Shown piece after piece: positions 35,406 through 46,778 of a stretch of 64,000 bases of DNA (the first letter of the stretch is position 1; each line of letters starts with the position of its first letter). Origin of the DNA: Hyaloraphidium curvatum SAG 235-1. Lineage: Eukaryota; Fungi; Monoblepharomycota. The stretch is taken from assembly GCA_025558095.1 (NCBI GenBank), contig JAIVFI010000031.1, positions 434,001 through 498,000 of the forward strand. Direction: 5' to 3'. The notes under the pieces are model-generated. The model worked only from the letters and a program-made list of their open reading frames with translations, was not told the DNA's origin and searched no databases. The translations under genes were made by a program, and so were the position numbers.

Positions 35406-35536
35406 GTACCCGACGAACGATCACAGAGGAATCCGATCGGACGAACGACTAATGGCCTGTCACTCATGCAGGCGCCTCGTAACGATTTGATTCAGAAATG
35501 CAATGAATTGCCACTCATTCTGACCATGCGAGATGC

Positions 35537-37143
35537 TTAGTCCTTCCTCCGCCTCACGATCACGTCCAACCGTCCCGTGCTCGGAGCGATGATGAACTTC
35601 TCTCTTGGCTCGACCTTCTCCTCCGGCCTAGCCATTCTGAAGTCGAAGGCGCTGACAAAGTGAGCCACGAGGACCCGCAGCTCCTGCAAGGCAAAGTTCT
35701 TTCCGATGCAGTCGCGCGATCCCTCGCTGAACGGGAAGAAGGCGTCCCGGCGGCACCACCTCGGCCCGTCGCCCTCTTCCTTGCCCTCGAAAGACCACCG
35801 CTCGGGCCGAAACTCGCTGGCTTCCTTCCAGATGGCAGGGTCGTGGTTCATGGTCCAGAACCCGAGCACGACCTCGGTTCCAGGCGGCAGGACGATCGTC
35901 TTGCCTTCGTGCTCAATGGGGAAGCCCTCGGCCCCGACCTGCCGGGTCAGACCGGCCGCGACGGGGTAGAGACGCAGGGCCTCGGAGATGACGCCGTTGA
36001 GCAGGGGCAGGTTCTTGAGCACTTCGTGCGAGAAGTTCCCGTCCTTGCAGGCCGAAGAAAGTTCGGCGCGGAGGGATTCGAGATATTGCGGGTGCGTTGC
36101 CAGCAGATAGAGTGACCACGAGACGGTGTAGGCCGTGGTATCGGCTAAAAGACGAGATTGGGAACCGTCAGGTCGACACCACGAAACCGTCCGATCTGAC
36201 ACGCACCACCAGCGATCAGCAGAGTCAGGGCCTCGCTCGTAATCTCCTCCTCGTTCAGTCGCGTCCCGCTCTCGGCGTCCTCGGCCAGCACCAAGTTCTG
36301 CAGGATGTCTTTGGGCGCGGCCTCGGGGTTCCGTGCCAGCAGCTCCTTCCTCTCCGAAATCACGGCTCCGACAAACTCCTTGACGTAGCGCACAGTATCC
36401 ATGCCCAGCCAGCCCCGCGTAATAGGGAACACGGCCCACAGGATAAAGAGGCGGAGGATCCGCGCAGACTGCTTGAGGAACGGGTGCCCAGAGGAGCGCA
36501 CCGATTCGAAGGACTGCCCGAAGGCCGTGGCGCCGATCACGTCGTTGGTCACGGCGTTGAACGACGAGCAGAGCTCCACCACGGCCTCGCCCGTGGGCGA
36601 TGACGCAATCTCCTCCTCCGTCCGCCGTAGCAGCGAGTTCCAGGCCGACACCATGTACGTTTCCAGGCCCGCGATGTACTTCAGGGAGAATGACAGCGAG
36701 TGGAGCTTTCGTCGCACCCGGTGGTACTAGTAGATGGTCAGCTTCGGCACTAGAGACCAGGCGGTTCCTCTCACATCTCTGTTCCTTGTAGAAAACACAC
36801 TTTCGGCCATCGTGGGGGGCGTGAAGAAGGCATAGTTCGGTCCCTTGGGCAAATCCGAGGTCTTGAGGACGCGTCGGACGAGCACGGGGTCCGCGAGTGA
36901 CACGACCTGCGAATGGAGGCGAACGACCCGGCCCTTGCGCCTGTGGACCTTCTCGAGGCGGAGAAAGCCGTCCATCTTGAAGACCGCGCCGATCCCATAG
37001 TATGGAATGAGCACTGTCTCGTGGACCGTCGGGAGATGGCGGAGCGGCGACACGAAGTAGGCCTTGAAACTCCGGACGAGGTAGCGCAGGAAAACGAGGG
37101 CCGCGAGGGCCAGCAGGAGCGTGGAGCCGAGGGAGAGTGCCAT
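35537..37143 (-). CDS. Cytochrome P450; two introns
   Basis: N-terminal TM; LLIA|ADTT I-helix, EALRLYP (ExxR), FRPERW, FFPFSEGSRDCIG heme-binding Cys. Confidence 0.95.
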
Positions 37144-37767
37144 TTTGATCGGGCTGCTCCGCTCGTTTCGTCGTCTCCGCGGCAATTGCCGCTGCTGAGG
37201 AACAGGAGACGCAAACAGGCAGTTCCGGCTAAATGGAGCTGAACCGGCCACGAAGGTCCACACTCCACACGCTCACACGGCTGGGTTCAATCACTCAGTT
37301 ACCACGGCCGAAATCGAAGAGAAGAATTGATTCATTAGAAGCGTTGGAGGCGAGTGCCATTTGCTGCGAGCGCCTTTGGACGAGTATGCTTGGCCCAGTC
37401 ACGGGCACTTCTTGGGCCGGTTGCGGGGCCGATTGCCAACCTCAAGGGGGGTGGGTGATTGTCTCGAAACAGAAATGAATGGCTGGATGTACAGGCAAGA
37501 AGCTAATGAATCGTTGGCGGATGACGGGGCGGGCCTATGGAGGTCGATGGATGATAGCCTAGTCAACGAGTCGGTGGGCACATGCAACGAACGCCTCGGG
37601 AGCTTGCCGAAGCCGCGAGCTGAGCTCGGGGGCGATGCTAGATGCGGACCTAAGCTTTCCAGGAGCATGGCGTCAAGCTTCTTAGAGGTCTCGGTGGGAG
37701 CGAACTGACCGCCAGTGGCCCGAATCTGATGAATCTGCCCGCGCCCAATCAAATCAAACGCATCCCG

Positions 37768-39108
37768 ATGCCGTACTATCCCGTAGGCATGCTGAACACT
37801 ATCCAGCCGCAGAAGAAGGCGAGCCAGAGTGCGGCGCCCCTGGCCCAGCGCGAGCCGCGGCCTGCCGCGGACGCTACTCCCCTCGGTCGGGCGGCGCCGT
37901 ACCCTTCGCACCACCGCTTGCCCGCAGCGGTCCCGCGTCCGCCAGCCCCAGCCAACACACCAAAGTCCGCCGCGCACCTCATCGTGCCCGCGCCCGCGCC
38001 CGCCGCCGGTCCCAGCGGCCTGCACAGCAGGGTCGCTCCATTCGAGACGCCGGCCTCCCCACCAAAGAACCTCCTCGCGGCTGTCCTTGCGCTTCCGGCG
38101 CCGGGACCCGAGGAGATGAACATTTTGCGCACCGCCTCGTCGCCGAACCTGGCCGGGCGCAAGCGCTTTTCGGATGAGGCCGACCCTGCCGCCAAGCGGG
38201 CGCGGAGCGAGCCCCCTGCGCCTCAGATCCCCGAGGAGGGCGAGATAACGGAGCAGTTGAGCTCGGAAAGCTCCGAGATGGACCCCAGCAGGGTCCTTGG
38301 GCACATTTCGAAGTGGCTGGAGCAGAATCAGCAGCTCACCGCCGACAACGACAAGCTGAAGCTCCAGCTCGCCGCCGCTGATGCGGAGATCAAGAAGCTC
38401 CGCGCAGTTGCAAGCGCTGAGCGGCAGTATTGCGAGGAAGTGAAGCACCTCGAACACGACTGCGCTCGGCTCCGGGGGCAAAGGAACGAGGCGAGGCAAC
38501 GGCACAAGGAGCTCCTGAAAGAGCGCAACGACCACAAGGTCGAGTGCGCAAACCGCTGCGACAAGCTCGAGGACGCCCTCGGCAAAGCCACCAAAGATGC
38601 CGACTTCTACAAAGGGCGAGTTTCGGACCTCGACATGCAGAAGGCTGCCGTGGAGGCAAAGCTTCATTCTGCAATGGTGCTCTTGGAGAACGCGAACACG
38701 GCTCGCGCCGACATTGCCAAGGAACTCGAGAGCGCCAAGGCCACCACAGCTGCTCAGCAGTCGGAGATCGACAGGTTCAAGGCGGAGAAGAAGGAGGCGG
38801 CCGATGAACTGAACCGCCTGCACCGTGCCCTCGCGGCCTTCACCTCCGAGCGCGACGCGGACCGCTCGCGCCTCGCCAATCTGCAGCAGGAGCTCGACTG
38901 CACCAGGCACGAGCATGCATGCTCGCTTCGCGACCTGCATGCTGTGCGTGGGGAGCTGGCGGACCTGGCGGTTGGCAAGGCTGCGCTCGAAGGGCACGTC
39001 CGGACCGCGGCCACTGCCGTGGAGGCCGAGGTGAACTTGCTGAAGGCCAGCATCGTGCGGATGAGGGTCCAGTTTGTCGACGAGCTGGAGTTGTTTGGCA
39101 ACCAGTAA
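37768..39108 (+). CDS. Coiled-coil protein with Pro-rich N-terminus and bipartite NLS, paralog A
   Basis: MPYYPVGMLNT start shared with 41116; RKRFSDEADPAAKRAR; long heptad region; no introns. Confidence 0.75.
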   Translation: MPYYPVGMLNTIQPQKKASQSAAPLAQREPRPAADATPLGRAAPYPSHHRLPAAVPRPPAPANTPKSAAHLIVPAPAPAAGPSGLHSRVAPFETPASPPKNLLAAVLALPAPGPEEMNILRTASSPNLAGRKRFSDEADPAAKRARSEPPAPQIPEEGEITEQLSSESSEMDPSRVLGHISKWLEQNQQLTADNDKLKLQLAAADAEIKKLRAVASAERQYCEEVKHLEHDCARLRGQRNEARQRHKELLKERNDHKVECANRCDKLEDALGKATKDADFYKGRVSDLDMQKAAVEAKLHSAMVLLENANTARADIAKELESAKATTAAQQSEIDRFKAEKKEAADELNRLHRALAAFTSERDADRSRLANLQQELDCTRHEHACSLRDLHAVRGELADLAVGKAALEGHVRTAATAVEAEVNLLKASIVRMRVQFVDELELFGNQ

Positions 39109-39299
39109 CCTGACATGCACCGGAAGTTGATCCAACGCTAGATGCTAGACTCCTAGAAACCTGTAGCATTACGTGCCAAATTTCCATTCCAAAGAATATG
39201 CTAAGCCTTCCTTCAGTGCGCCTTCCTTGCCACGTTCGTCGCGCCCGGCGCCAAGGTCCCGCATCCATCCCCCTTCCGACCTGCCACTTCAATGCTGCG

Positions 39300-40940
39300 C
39301 TACGCGGTCGGGCACACTGTCTCGAGCGTCGCCCGCACGCCGAGTCCCCTCGCAACCCCCCACACCGCAAAGAGCACCGTAGCAATCGTCACCAGCAGCG
39401 TCCTCAAGCCCCCGGGCGTCACGGCGACGCCCCCGACCCTGGCCCGCGCGGCGTCGCCAGCCCTCGCGAACGCGTCGAGCGCGTCCGCGTGCCTCGAGAG
39501 CGAGGCCTCCGCGGCCATGCGGCCCGGGGTGCGTGGGAGGGAGGAGGAGGATACGAGGAGGCCGCGGGCATGGAGGGCGGCCTCGGACTGCATGGAGGAG
39601 AGGATGTTGATGGAGGAGTTGGAGGTCGCGATGAGGAAGAGGCCATAGAAGCAGAGGAATGCGCCGCGGAGCGCAGAGACGAATATCCAGAAGGGCACAC
39701 ATTGGCCTGTGGACTGGGGCGCGGGAGTGCTAGTAGTAGTAGGACGGGGATACCAATGGCGCGTACTCACAGCAAGGAGCAAGGTCGGCACGACGAGGAG
39801 GCCCACCTGTGCGAGCCCATACCACACGTAGAACAGTTGAGCGTAATGAACGGTGCTCCAGCGGGGTTCGAGATTCCAGTGCAGAACGGCGTACAGGGGC
39901 TGGCTGCCTGATTTGGAGTCCGAAACGCGACTGTCATGCCCGTTGGCATCGTCCGAGAGAAGGTTCTCGCGGAAGCCCTCCAGGAGACCGTCCAGAGCAA
40001 TTCGCATGGCGCGGACGTGAAGGCGCCGCAATAGCTGGAGCACCGGGCTCGTGGGGCCCGTCATTGTAAAGCCCACGAGGATGGAACTCGAGTGAACAAG
40101 GGCCAAAAGTGCAACGATCAAGAGGGCGCAGCTCCAAGGTGTCGTCCACGAGCTTTCCGCCAACGTCACAAGAGAGGTAAAAGGCATCGCAACCCCAAAC
40201 AAGAGCATGCTGAACACAGCCTGGACCGCAGCGACGGCAAAGATCGAGCAAATCATCCTCCGCCAGAGGTCTCCGGCACATCCGACCCGAGGGCAGCTGC
40301 ACTCGGGGTCGCCCTCCACGTGGAGAAGCAGCACGGCATCCGAGACGTTCTTGGCACCGGGCTCGCGATGCTCCTCGTCGCCGTGCTGGGCCAGATCCGC
40401 GTAGCGCGCGACGACCGCCGCGGGGTAAAAGTCCACTGCGGCATCCTTGTTTTCAACAAGCGGCCTCCACATCTCCCACCAGCTCAGCTTGGAGCGAGGC
40501 GGAGGCATGGTAAAATGCGCCATCGTGAAAAGGCCGACCATGGTGAACACCGTGGCGATGGTTCCCACGGCCTTGGCGACGACGGAAAAGGTATCGTCCG
40601 GCCCAAACGCCCACAGTGGGGCGATAGACGCGGCAATGGTAATCAGGCTGGTGAACGCGAACTCGTAGACTTTGAGTTTGACGCGCACCCAGAACACGTA
40701 GTCCAGCACGCGGAACAACAGCCGCGCGGTGGCCCCGACGTGCGCGTACAGCCGCGGCCGCGTCATCGGATCGGCCTCGCGCGCCGCAGCCGCGGGATCG
40801 GCGGGACGCAGGCCCCGTGCCAGCGGGTTGCGGGGCGCGGCGGGCGACGGGAAGATGGCCAGCCACGCGAGCGGCGAGAACGCAGGCGGCGAGGGCACGG
40901 CCGGCGCCGCGGGCGAGGTTTCGGCGCGATCGACGTCCAT
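39300..40940 (-). CDS. Seven-transmembrane protein, candidate 7TM ion channel/gustatory-receptor-like (7TMIC); in-frame intron ~39711-39770
   Basis: Start MDVDRAE; seven hydrophobic segments; long helical loop between TM4 and TM5; TM6 ending IATSN; C-terminal ARVGGVAVTPGGLRTLLVTIATVLFAVW. Confidence 0.6.
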   Translation of the reverse strand: MDVDRAETSPAAPAVPSPPAFSPLAWLAIFPSPAAPRNPLARGLRPADPAAAAREADPMTRPRLYAHVGATARLLFRVLDYVFWVRVKLKVYEFAFTSLITIAASIAPLWAFGPDDTFSVVAKAVGTIATVFTMVGLFTMAHFTMPPPRSKLSWWEMWRPLVENKDAAVDFYPAAVVARYADLAQHGDEEHREPGAKNVSDAVLLLHVEGDPECSCPRVGCAGDLWRRMICSIFAVAAVQAVFSMLLFGVAMPFTSLVTLAESSWTTPWSCALLIVALLALVHSSSILVGFTMTGPTSPVLQLLRRLHVRAMRIALDGLLEGFRENLLSDDANGHDSRVSDSKSGSQPLYAVLHWNLEPRWSTVHYAQLFYVWYGLAQVGLLVVPTLLLAVSTRHWYPRPTTTSTPAPQSTGQCVPFWIFVSALRGAFLCFYGLFLIATSNSSINILSSMQSEAALHARGLLVSSSSLPRTPGRMAAEASLSRHADALDAFARAGDAARARVGGVAVTPGGLRTLLVTIATVLFAVWGVARGLGVRATLETVCPTA

Positions 40941-41115
40941 GGCGTCGCGGGCGCTCACGGGACGGCTGCTGAGGCTGTTGCACGGATGGCCGCCGAGTAC
41001 CTCAGTGGCCGAGTACCGCTCAGGCTCGCGTCTCAGAGCGGGCGACTGACCGAATACAAATAGCCGCGCCCCTCCTGCTTCCATCAACCACCCCATCAAT
41101 CAAAGCACACTCCCG

Positions 41116-42423
41116 ATGTCGTACTACCCCGTAGGCATGCTGAACACCGTTCCGAAGATGAGTGCGGGCCGCATGGTTCCGCAGGACCCCCGGCGCGCCG
41201 CGGCCACCCCTCTGCCTCTCGCGGTCGCCGAGCCCCACCCGCCGCACTACAGGCCCGCAGCGGTCCCGCGCCGGTCCTCCAACACCAAAAAGTCCGCTGT
41301 CGAGCTCACCGTGCCGGCTTTCGCCCCGGCAACTGGCCCCAGGGGCGTTCGCGACGAGGTCGCCCGGGTTGAGAGGCCGCAACCTCCACCTCCGCCCCAC
41401 CTCGTCGAAAACGTCCTCGATTTCCCCGAGCCAAGGCCTGCAGAACGGGCTATTCTACATGCCGCATCATCTCCTGACCTGGGCTCCGCCCGCCGCAAGC
41501 GCGTCTCGGAAGAGGACGGTGCTGCCAGCAAAAGGCCGCGGAGCGAACCCCCGTCGCCCCAGCTGCCCGAGGAGGGAGAAATCGTCGGCAATCCGAGCTC
41601 GCAGAGCTTCAAGATTGGCTGCGATCCGGCCTTGAAAGACATTGCCAAGCGGCTCGAGCGGAGCGAGCATCTTGAAGCCGAGAACAAGGAGCTGAAGCTC
41701 CAGCTCGCCGAGTTCGCCGCGGCGAAGGCGGAGATCAGCAAGCTCCGGGCCCAGACGCAAAACAACGAGGAAACGGAGCGCCTCGCTCGCAGGCTCCGGG
41801 GGGAAAGGAACGAGGCGAGGGAAAGGCACCAGACCCTCCTGGAGGAGCACAACCGCTTCAGGGTCACGAACGCGAACCGGTGCGACAAGCTAGAGGGCGA
41901 CCTTGCCAAGGCTACCAAAGATGCAGGCTTCTACAAGGACCGGGCCACGGACCTCGACATGCAAAAGGCGGCCGTGCAGGCGACGCTCGAGCAAGAGTCC
42001 GAGGCTCGCGCCCGCCTTGCGCAGGACCTCAAAGCTGCAAAGACCTCCGTCGTGGCCTACCAGTCGGATATCGACAGGCTCAATGCGGAGGGCAAGCAGG
42101 CGGCCGGGCGGCTGAAGCGGCTCGACCACGCGCTCGCCGCCTCCAAGGCCGAGCGCGACATGGACCGCGCTCGCATCGCCAATCTGGAGCAGGAGCTCGA
42201 TCGCAGCGAGCGCGGTCGGGCTTGCGCGCTGGCCGACCTGGATGCCTCGCTCTCGAAGCTGGCAGACTTGGCCTCCAAGCATAAGGCCCTCGAGGCATCC
42301 ATGGCGGAAGCAATTGCGGTCGCGGATGCGGCTGCTCAGACCAGAGTCGACACGTTGAAGGCCGAGATCGCCGGCAAAGCGGGGCCGTTCCTCGAGTGGC
42401 TCAAGACTCTTGACGGGCATTAG
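41116..42423 (+). CDS. Coiled-coil protein with bipartite NLS, paralog B
   Basis: MSYYPVGMLNT, RRKRVSEEDGAASKRPR, PEEGEI, ANRCDKLE and FYK.R..DLDMQKAAV shared with paralog A. Confidence 0.75.
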   Translation: MSYYPVGMLNTVPKMSAGRMVPQDPRRAAATPLPLAVAEPHPPHYRPAAVPRRSSNTKKSAVELTVPAFAPATGPRGVRDEVARVERPQPPPPPHLVENVLDFPEPRPAERAILHAASSPDLGSARRKRVSEEDGAASKRPRSEPPSPQLPEEGEIVGNPSSQSFKIGCDPALKDIAKRLERSEHLEAENKELKLQLAEFAAAKAEISKLRAQTQNNEETERLARRLRGERNEARERHQTLLEEHNRFRVTNANRCDKLEGDLAKATKDAGFYKDRATDLDMQKAAVQATLEQESEARARLAQDLKAAKTSVVAYQSDIDRLNAEGKQAAGRLKRLDHALAASKAERDMDRARIANLEQELDRSERGRACALADLDASLSKLADLASKHKALEASMAEAIAVADAAAQTRVDTLKAEIAGKAGPFLEWLKTLDGH

Positions 42424-42565
42424 AGTGACGTGCACTCAACGGACGTTCACGAGAACGGTGGCAACGGTAGATGACTAGACTGTAGCATTCGTGTCAAACA
42501 CAACAATAACTAGCCAAAGCTACGTTCCGACGCTCAAGTCCGTTGCTGGTGGCTCCGCTTCGACA

Positions 42566-43478
42566 TCAACCCCTTTTGGTCGTGATCCGCTTCTTCGCCG
42601 TCGTGCGCCGCTTCGAGCTCGTCCTTTTCTTCGTGGTGGCCCGCCTCTTGGTCGACGTGCGCCGCTTGGTTGTCGTTTTCTTGAGCGCGCTCGGCTGGCG
42701 GAGCACGGAGTCCACTTACGGATGAGGCGTCAATGGACGTGTCGGAGGACGTCCAACAAGTCATCACCCACGAAGCGGAACGAGGCACGTGGCGAGAATC
42801 GCCCGGCCGGCCAGGTATCGACCACAGCGGAACGTCATCGGGGGGATCGGGCACCACTGGGTTTCCTGGCGCTCGAACAGTCGCTTGGAGGTGGCGATCT
42901 GCGCGGTGAGGCCGAAGGTCAGCGCGGATGCTCCGACCCGCGGGCATCCAAAGCGGGAGCCCACGATGCTGATCCTCGAGTTTGTGACCGATGAGGGGTT
43001 GGGAGGTGGCGATTGGTCGCCGCACGACCACCCCGGCACGACGTTGTAATGCGCGCCGAACTGGCCTGCGGGGCGGGGCGGAACTGTCAGCCTTGCCGCC
43101 CCTCCTGCCCTGGGAGGCCGCCATTTGCAGCGTGTCCGACCCACTGTCCAGGACTGCCGCCGGCACGGAGCCGCCCGCGATCCACCCCACGAGCCCGTCG
43201 ACCACCGGCAGGGTGTCCCCCCTCAGGCAAAAGTTCTTCCTGGAACCGATGCCCCCCTCCAGCACGCTGCACGCGGCCGTGGCAAACGTGGCGAAAGGGT
43301 ACTCGTCCCCGCACTGGCCATCCGGGACCACGTCGGCGTCCATCTGGAAGACGGAGGTCGCGAGGGAGGGGCACGGGGTGGCGGAGAGGACCCAGAGGAC
43401 GCTGCCGCGCACGGCGGCATCGGCGCGGCCGGCAAAGAGGAGCACCGCGAGGACGCCGGCGACGACGGGTGGCCTCAT
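42566..43478 (-). CDS. Secreted Cys-containing protein with C-terminal (K/R)3(T/S/A)3 polybasic repeat tail; two introns
   Basis: Signal peptide MRPPVVAGVLAVLLFAGRADA; several Cys; last exon LDSVLRQPSALKKTTTKRRTSTKRRATTKKRTSSKRRTTAKKRITTKRG*. Confidence 0.6.
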
Positions 43479-43963
43479 CGTGGGCGGGGCCGCCTGGTTG
43501 GCGCTGTGGGCTGGTTTTCGGGCTTGGCACGCGGGCGGGCCTGGTGTGTGGCGGGCGTCATCGGCACAGCACAGCGATTCGCGATAGCACACCGCGCGGC
43601 AACCGATCCAAGCCAGCTATCATGCCATCGTCTCCTTTCGGCATCGTCGATGCGCTTGGCATCGGGCAATCGGGCTTCGAAACCTTCGCATCGGGCGCAA
43701 GGTCGCCGGCGGATATCCTCAACCGAACGTCATGCAAGTACCAGATGTCGAAGCGAAGAGAGAGGTGCGAATGCAAGGAGATGCAAGGTCGAAGCTATGA
43801 GACCCGAGAACATTCAGACGCGCACATCGCGCGGCCGGCCGGTCCCGGACGAGCTGAGTTCCGACCGACGGACGCCGGAACCACCACCGCCAGACCTCCC
43901 GCCCGTCCCCGCTTCCCCTTCCATCGCCATCCGCATTACCCCGTCCTACATACCCACAATAAC

Positions 43964-45957
43964 CTAACCCTTATCCTCCGTCTCCCACTCCCAAAGCGGC
44001 CCCGCCCTCCCGAACGCGTCCAGCATGCTGATCTTCCCCTCCCTCGCCTCGACCCTCGGCGGCGGCGGCGTGACGTGCACCTGCACGACGGCCTCCCCCT
44101 CGTCCTCGTCAGAAACCTCGCCCTCCGCGGCCTCGCGGAGCCGCTCCTTCTCGGCCTCGTTGACGTACAGCGCCCCGGAGGCGGACCAGAACACCTGGAA
44201 CCCCGAAGGGGCGCGGTCCGCTTCGGCGGGGCCGGGACCGGCGGCCGAAGACGGATCCAGCAGGCCCCCCGCGCCCGCGCCCGCCGCCGCGCCGGGCCGG
44301 GCGGCGGAGTTGGCGTCCAGCCGCGTGCTCGCGGCGCGCAGCTCGGCCGCGTGCGCGTCGAGCTTCTGCGACAGCGCGCGCCGCATCGGCGCGAGGTTGG
44401 GCAGGTCCGACGAGTCCGCGAGGGGGACCACGTGCGAGGGCGGGGTGTGCGGGTGCGGCGCGTCGGGCTGCGGGGATTGCGGCGCGGCGGAGACGGGGGA
44501 GGCGGGGGAGGGGTCGCCGCCGGCGAAGCCAAAGAGCTCCTCGTGCTCGAAGACGGCGGCGTCGGGGACCTGCAGGATGCCGGGGCGCCCGCGGGACTCC
44601 CAGCGCGTGCGGAGGGTGCGCCCGAACTCGGCGTCCAGCGCGGTGGCGGCGGCGCCGGCCTCGGCGGAAGGCATGCGCCACGCGGGGGAGGCGCCCGAGC
44701 CCGAGGAGGAGCCGTTGGGGAAACCGGCGACGGCGAGGGCGGCCTGCTTGAGCCGCCACTCGGCGGATCCGGTGCGGCCCGAGGCGCTGGAAACGGGGGG
44801 CGGGGGCTCGTACCGCGTGGGAGGGGGGAAGACGCCGGGGGAGGCCTCGTGGTTGAACTGCTGCAGGAGCATCAAATAGCCGTGCGGCACGAGCGTCTGG
44901 ATCCACGGGTGCGCGAGGGCCTGCTCGGCCGAGGCGCGGGGGCCGGGGTCCGCGACGAGGAGGCACTGCACGAAGTCGCGGGCGAGGGGGGAGAGTGGGA
45001 CGTCGGGGGGGAAGGTGTAGTCCGCGTTGAGGATCTTGGCGTAGAGCTGCTCGTAGGATGCCGAGCCCTGGAAGGGGGTCACGCCGACGAGGAGCTGGTA
45101 GGCGATGCAGCCCAGGGACCAGGCGTCGACGGCGGTGCTGTAGGCCTGGCCGAGGACGATCTCGGGGGCGAGGTAGAAGGGCGTACCTAACAAGAGGGGA
45201 GGGCGGAACGGGTCAGAACACGCGGGTGCGGGAGCAGCAGCACGCGGCACCCACCGGTGACGGTCTGCATCGACGTCTTGGAGACAAACTGCGGCACGGC
45301 GCCCGACCCGCCCGGGGACCCCGCCTGCCCGTCCGCGGCCTCCGGCACGATGTACCCCGCGTTGAAGTCCACCAGGCACAGCGCGGCGTTCTCGCTGCCG
45401 TCCCGCAGCAGCAGGTTCGCGGGCTTGAGGTCGCGGTGCGCGATGCCGTGCCGGTGCAGGTACATGACGGCGTTGCAGATGGTGGCCATGATGGCGGCGG
45501 CGTGCTTCTCCGAGTAGTGCTCGATCTCGAGCAGCCGCGACAGCAGGTCGCCGCCCGCGCAGTACTCCATGACGATGTACCACTTTGATATCGTCTCGAA
45601 GGCGTCGATGAAGGACGGCAGGTTCTCGTGGTGGCCCACGCGGGCGATGATCGCGCACTCTGTCCGCCACTCCTTCTCCGCGGCCGCGTACTCGTCCTCC
45701 GCGTCGAGCGGAGCGGTGCCCGCGGCGGACTGCCCGGCCACGCCTGCGAAGGCGGGCGGCGCGGGGCCCGGCTTGCGGATGCTCTTGAGCGCGACCAGCA
45801 GGCCCGAGGCGTGCCGCGCCAGCTTGACGCAGGCCTTTGTGCCTGCGCCGAGCACGCGCAGCACGTGGTAGCCGCGCCGCTTCTGCGCGCCCTGCGCCAG
45901 CGCGAGCGCGCGGGCGGGCGGCGGCACGGGGCCGGCGGCGGGCGGCGCCGCGGCCAT
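43964..45957 (-). CDS. CAMK-group Ser/Thr protein kinase with DFN in place of DFG; intron ~45187-45254
   Basis: LGAGTKACV, VALKSI, IVMEYCAGGDL, HRDLKPANLL, VDFN, T|GTPFYLAPE, DAWSLGCI, RASAEQALAHPWI. Confidence 0.9.
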
Positions 45958-46778
45958 GGCGCCTCCGCGGCCCTCTGCTGCGGCCGCCCGCTGCTTAGGG
46001 GACCGTGGGGCGGGCGGCCGTGGCGGCCTCCGCAGTTGCAGTTGCTGGTGCTGCCGGTTGGGTCCCTTCCCCCGACTCGACTCGATCCCCAAAACTGGGC
46101 CAGGGACACCGTGGGGGATCCGGGCCGGGCTGGTCGGCGCAGGCAGGGTGCTCAACCAGCACCTTCGATCGCTATCGGCTCGGAAGGCGGATTGGTCAAG
46201 CTGGCAGCCGCGGACGGGCGGCCGATCTCGGGGAGGCGGGCGGGAAACGCCTCGGGAGGCCCTGGGGTCCGCCTCTGCCCCGGGAACCCCACGGAGGCGA
46301 GCCAAATGGGCACTTTACTGCCTTCCACATCCTCAAGGAGTGTTAGAGGGGGGCCGGGGCGGCGCTCGCCCACCCATCCCCCGCTGCCGGTGGTTTCCCG
46401 GGTCGGACCCCCGCTTCCCCTGTGATCGGCATCCGGATCCGGGGGGAAATAGCAAGCCGATGCATATCTGACTGCGGAGCTGGCGTCCATCCGGGGCGGC
46501 GGGAGCCCTGGCCGGGGCTGTCGTGCTGCCGGCGCCCGCCCATTTCTCACCTCGGTCCACGGGTCTCTGTCGGCTTATCCACCCTGCCGTGCGCCTCCCG
46601 ACTCGGTGGAAAGGGCGCCCGGCATCCCGGCTGGTTTGTCGGCCGCGTAGCCGCTGCAACGCCTCTTTCACGCGCAAGGCGAAGGCGTGTGGCGGAGTCA
46701 TCCGCTCCGCGGCCGGGCGGTCCGCTGATCCCGCCATCCGGTTTCGCCCGCACCGCTATCTGGCACACACCCCCGGAC

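Noticed and set aside
20756-37143. Secondary-metabolite cluster (P450, methyltransferases, dioxygenase, epoxide hydrolase)
   Set aside because: No PKS, NRPS, terpene synthase or RiPP precursor seen, and the tailoring-type genes are interspersed with unrelated genes
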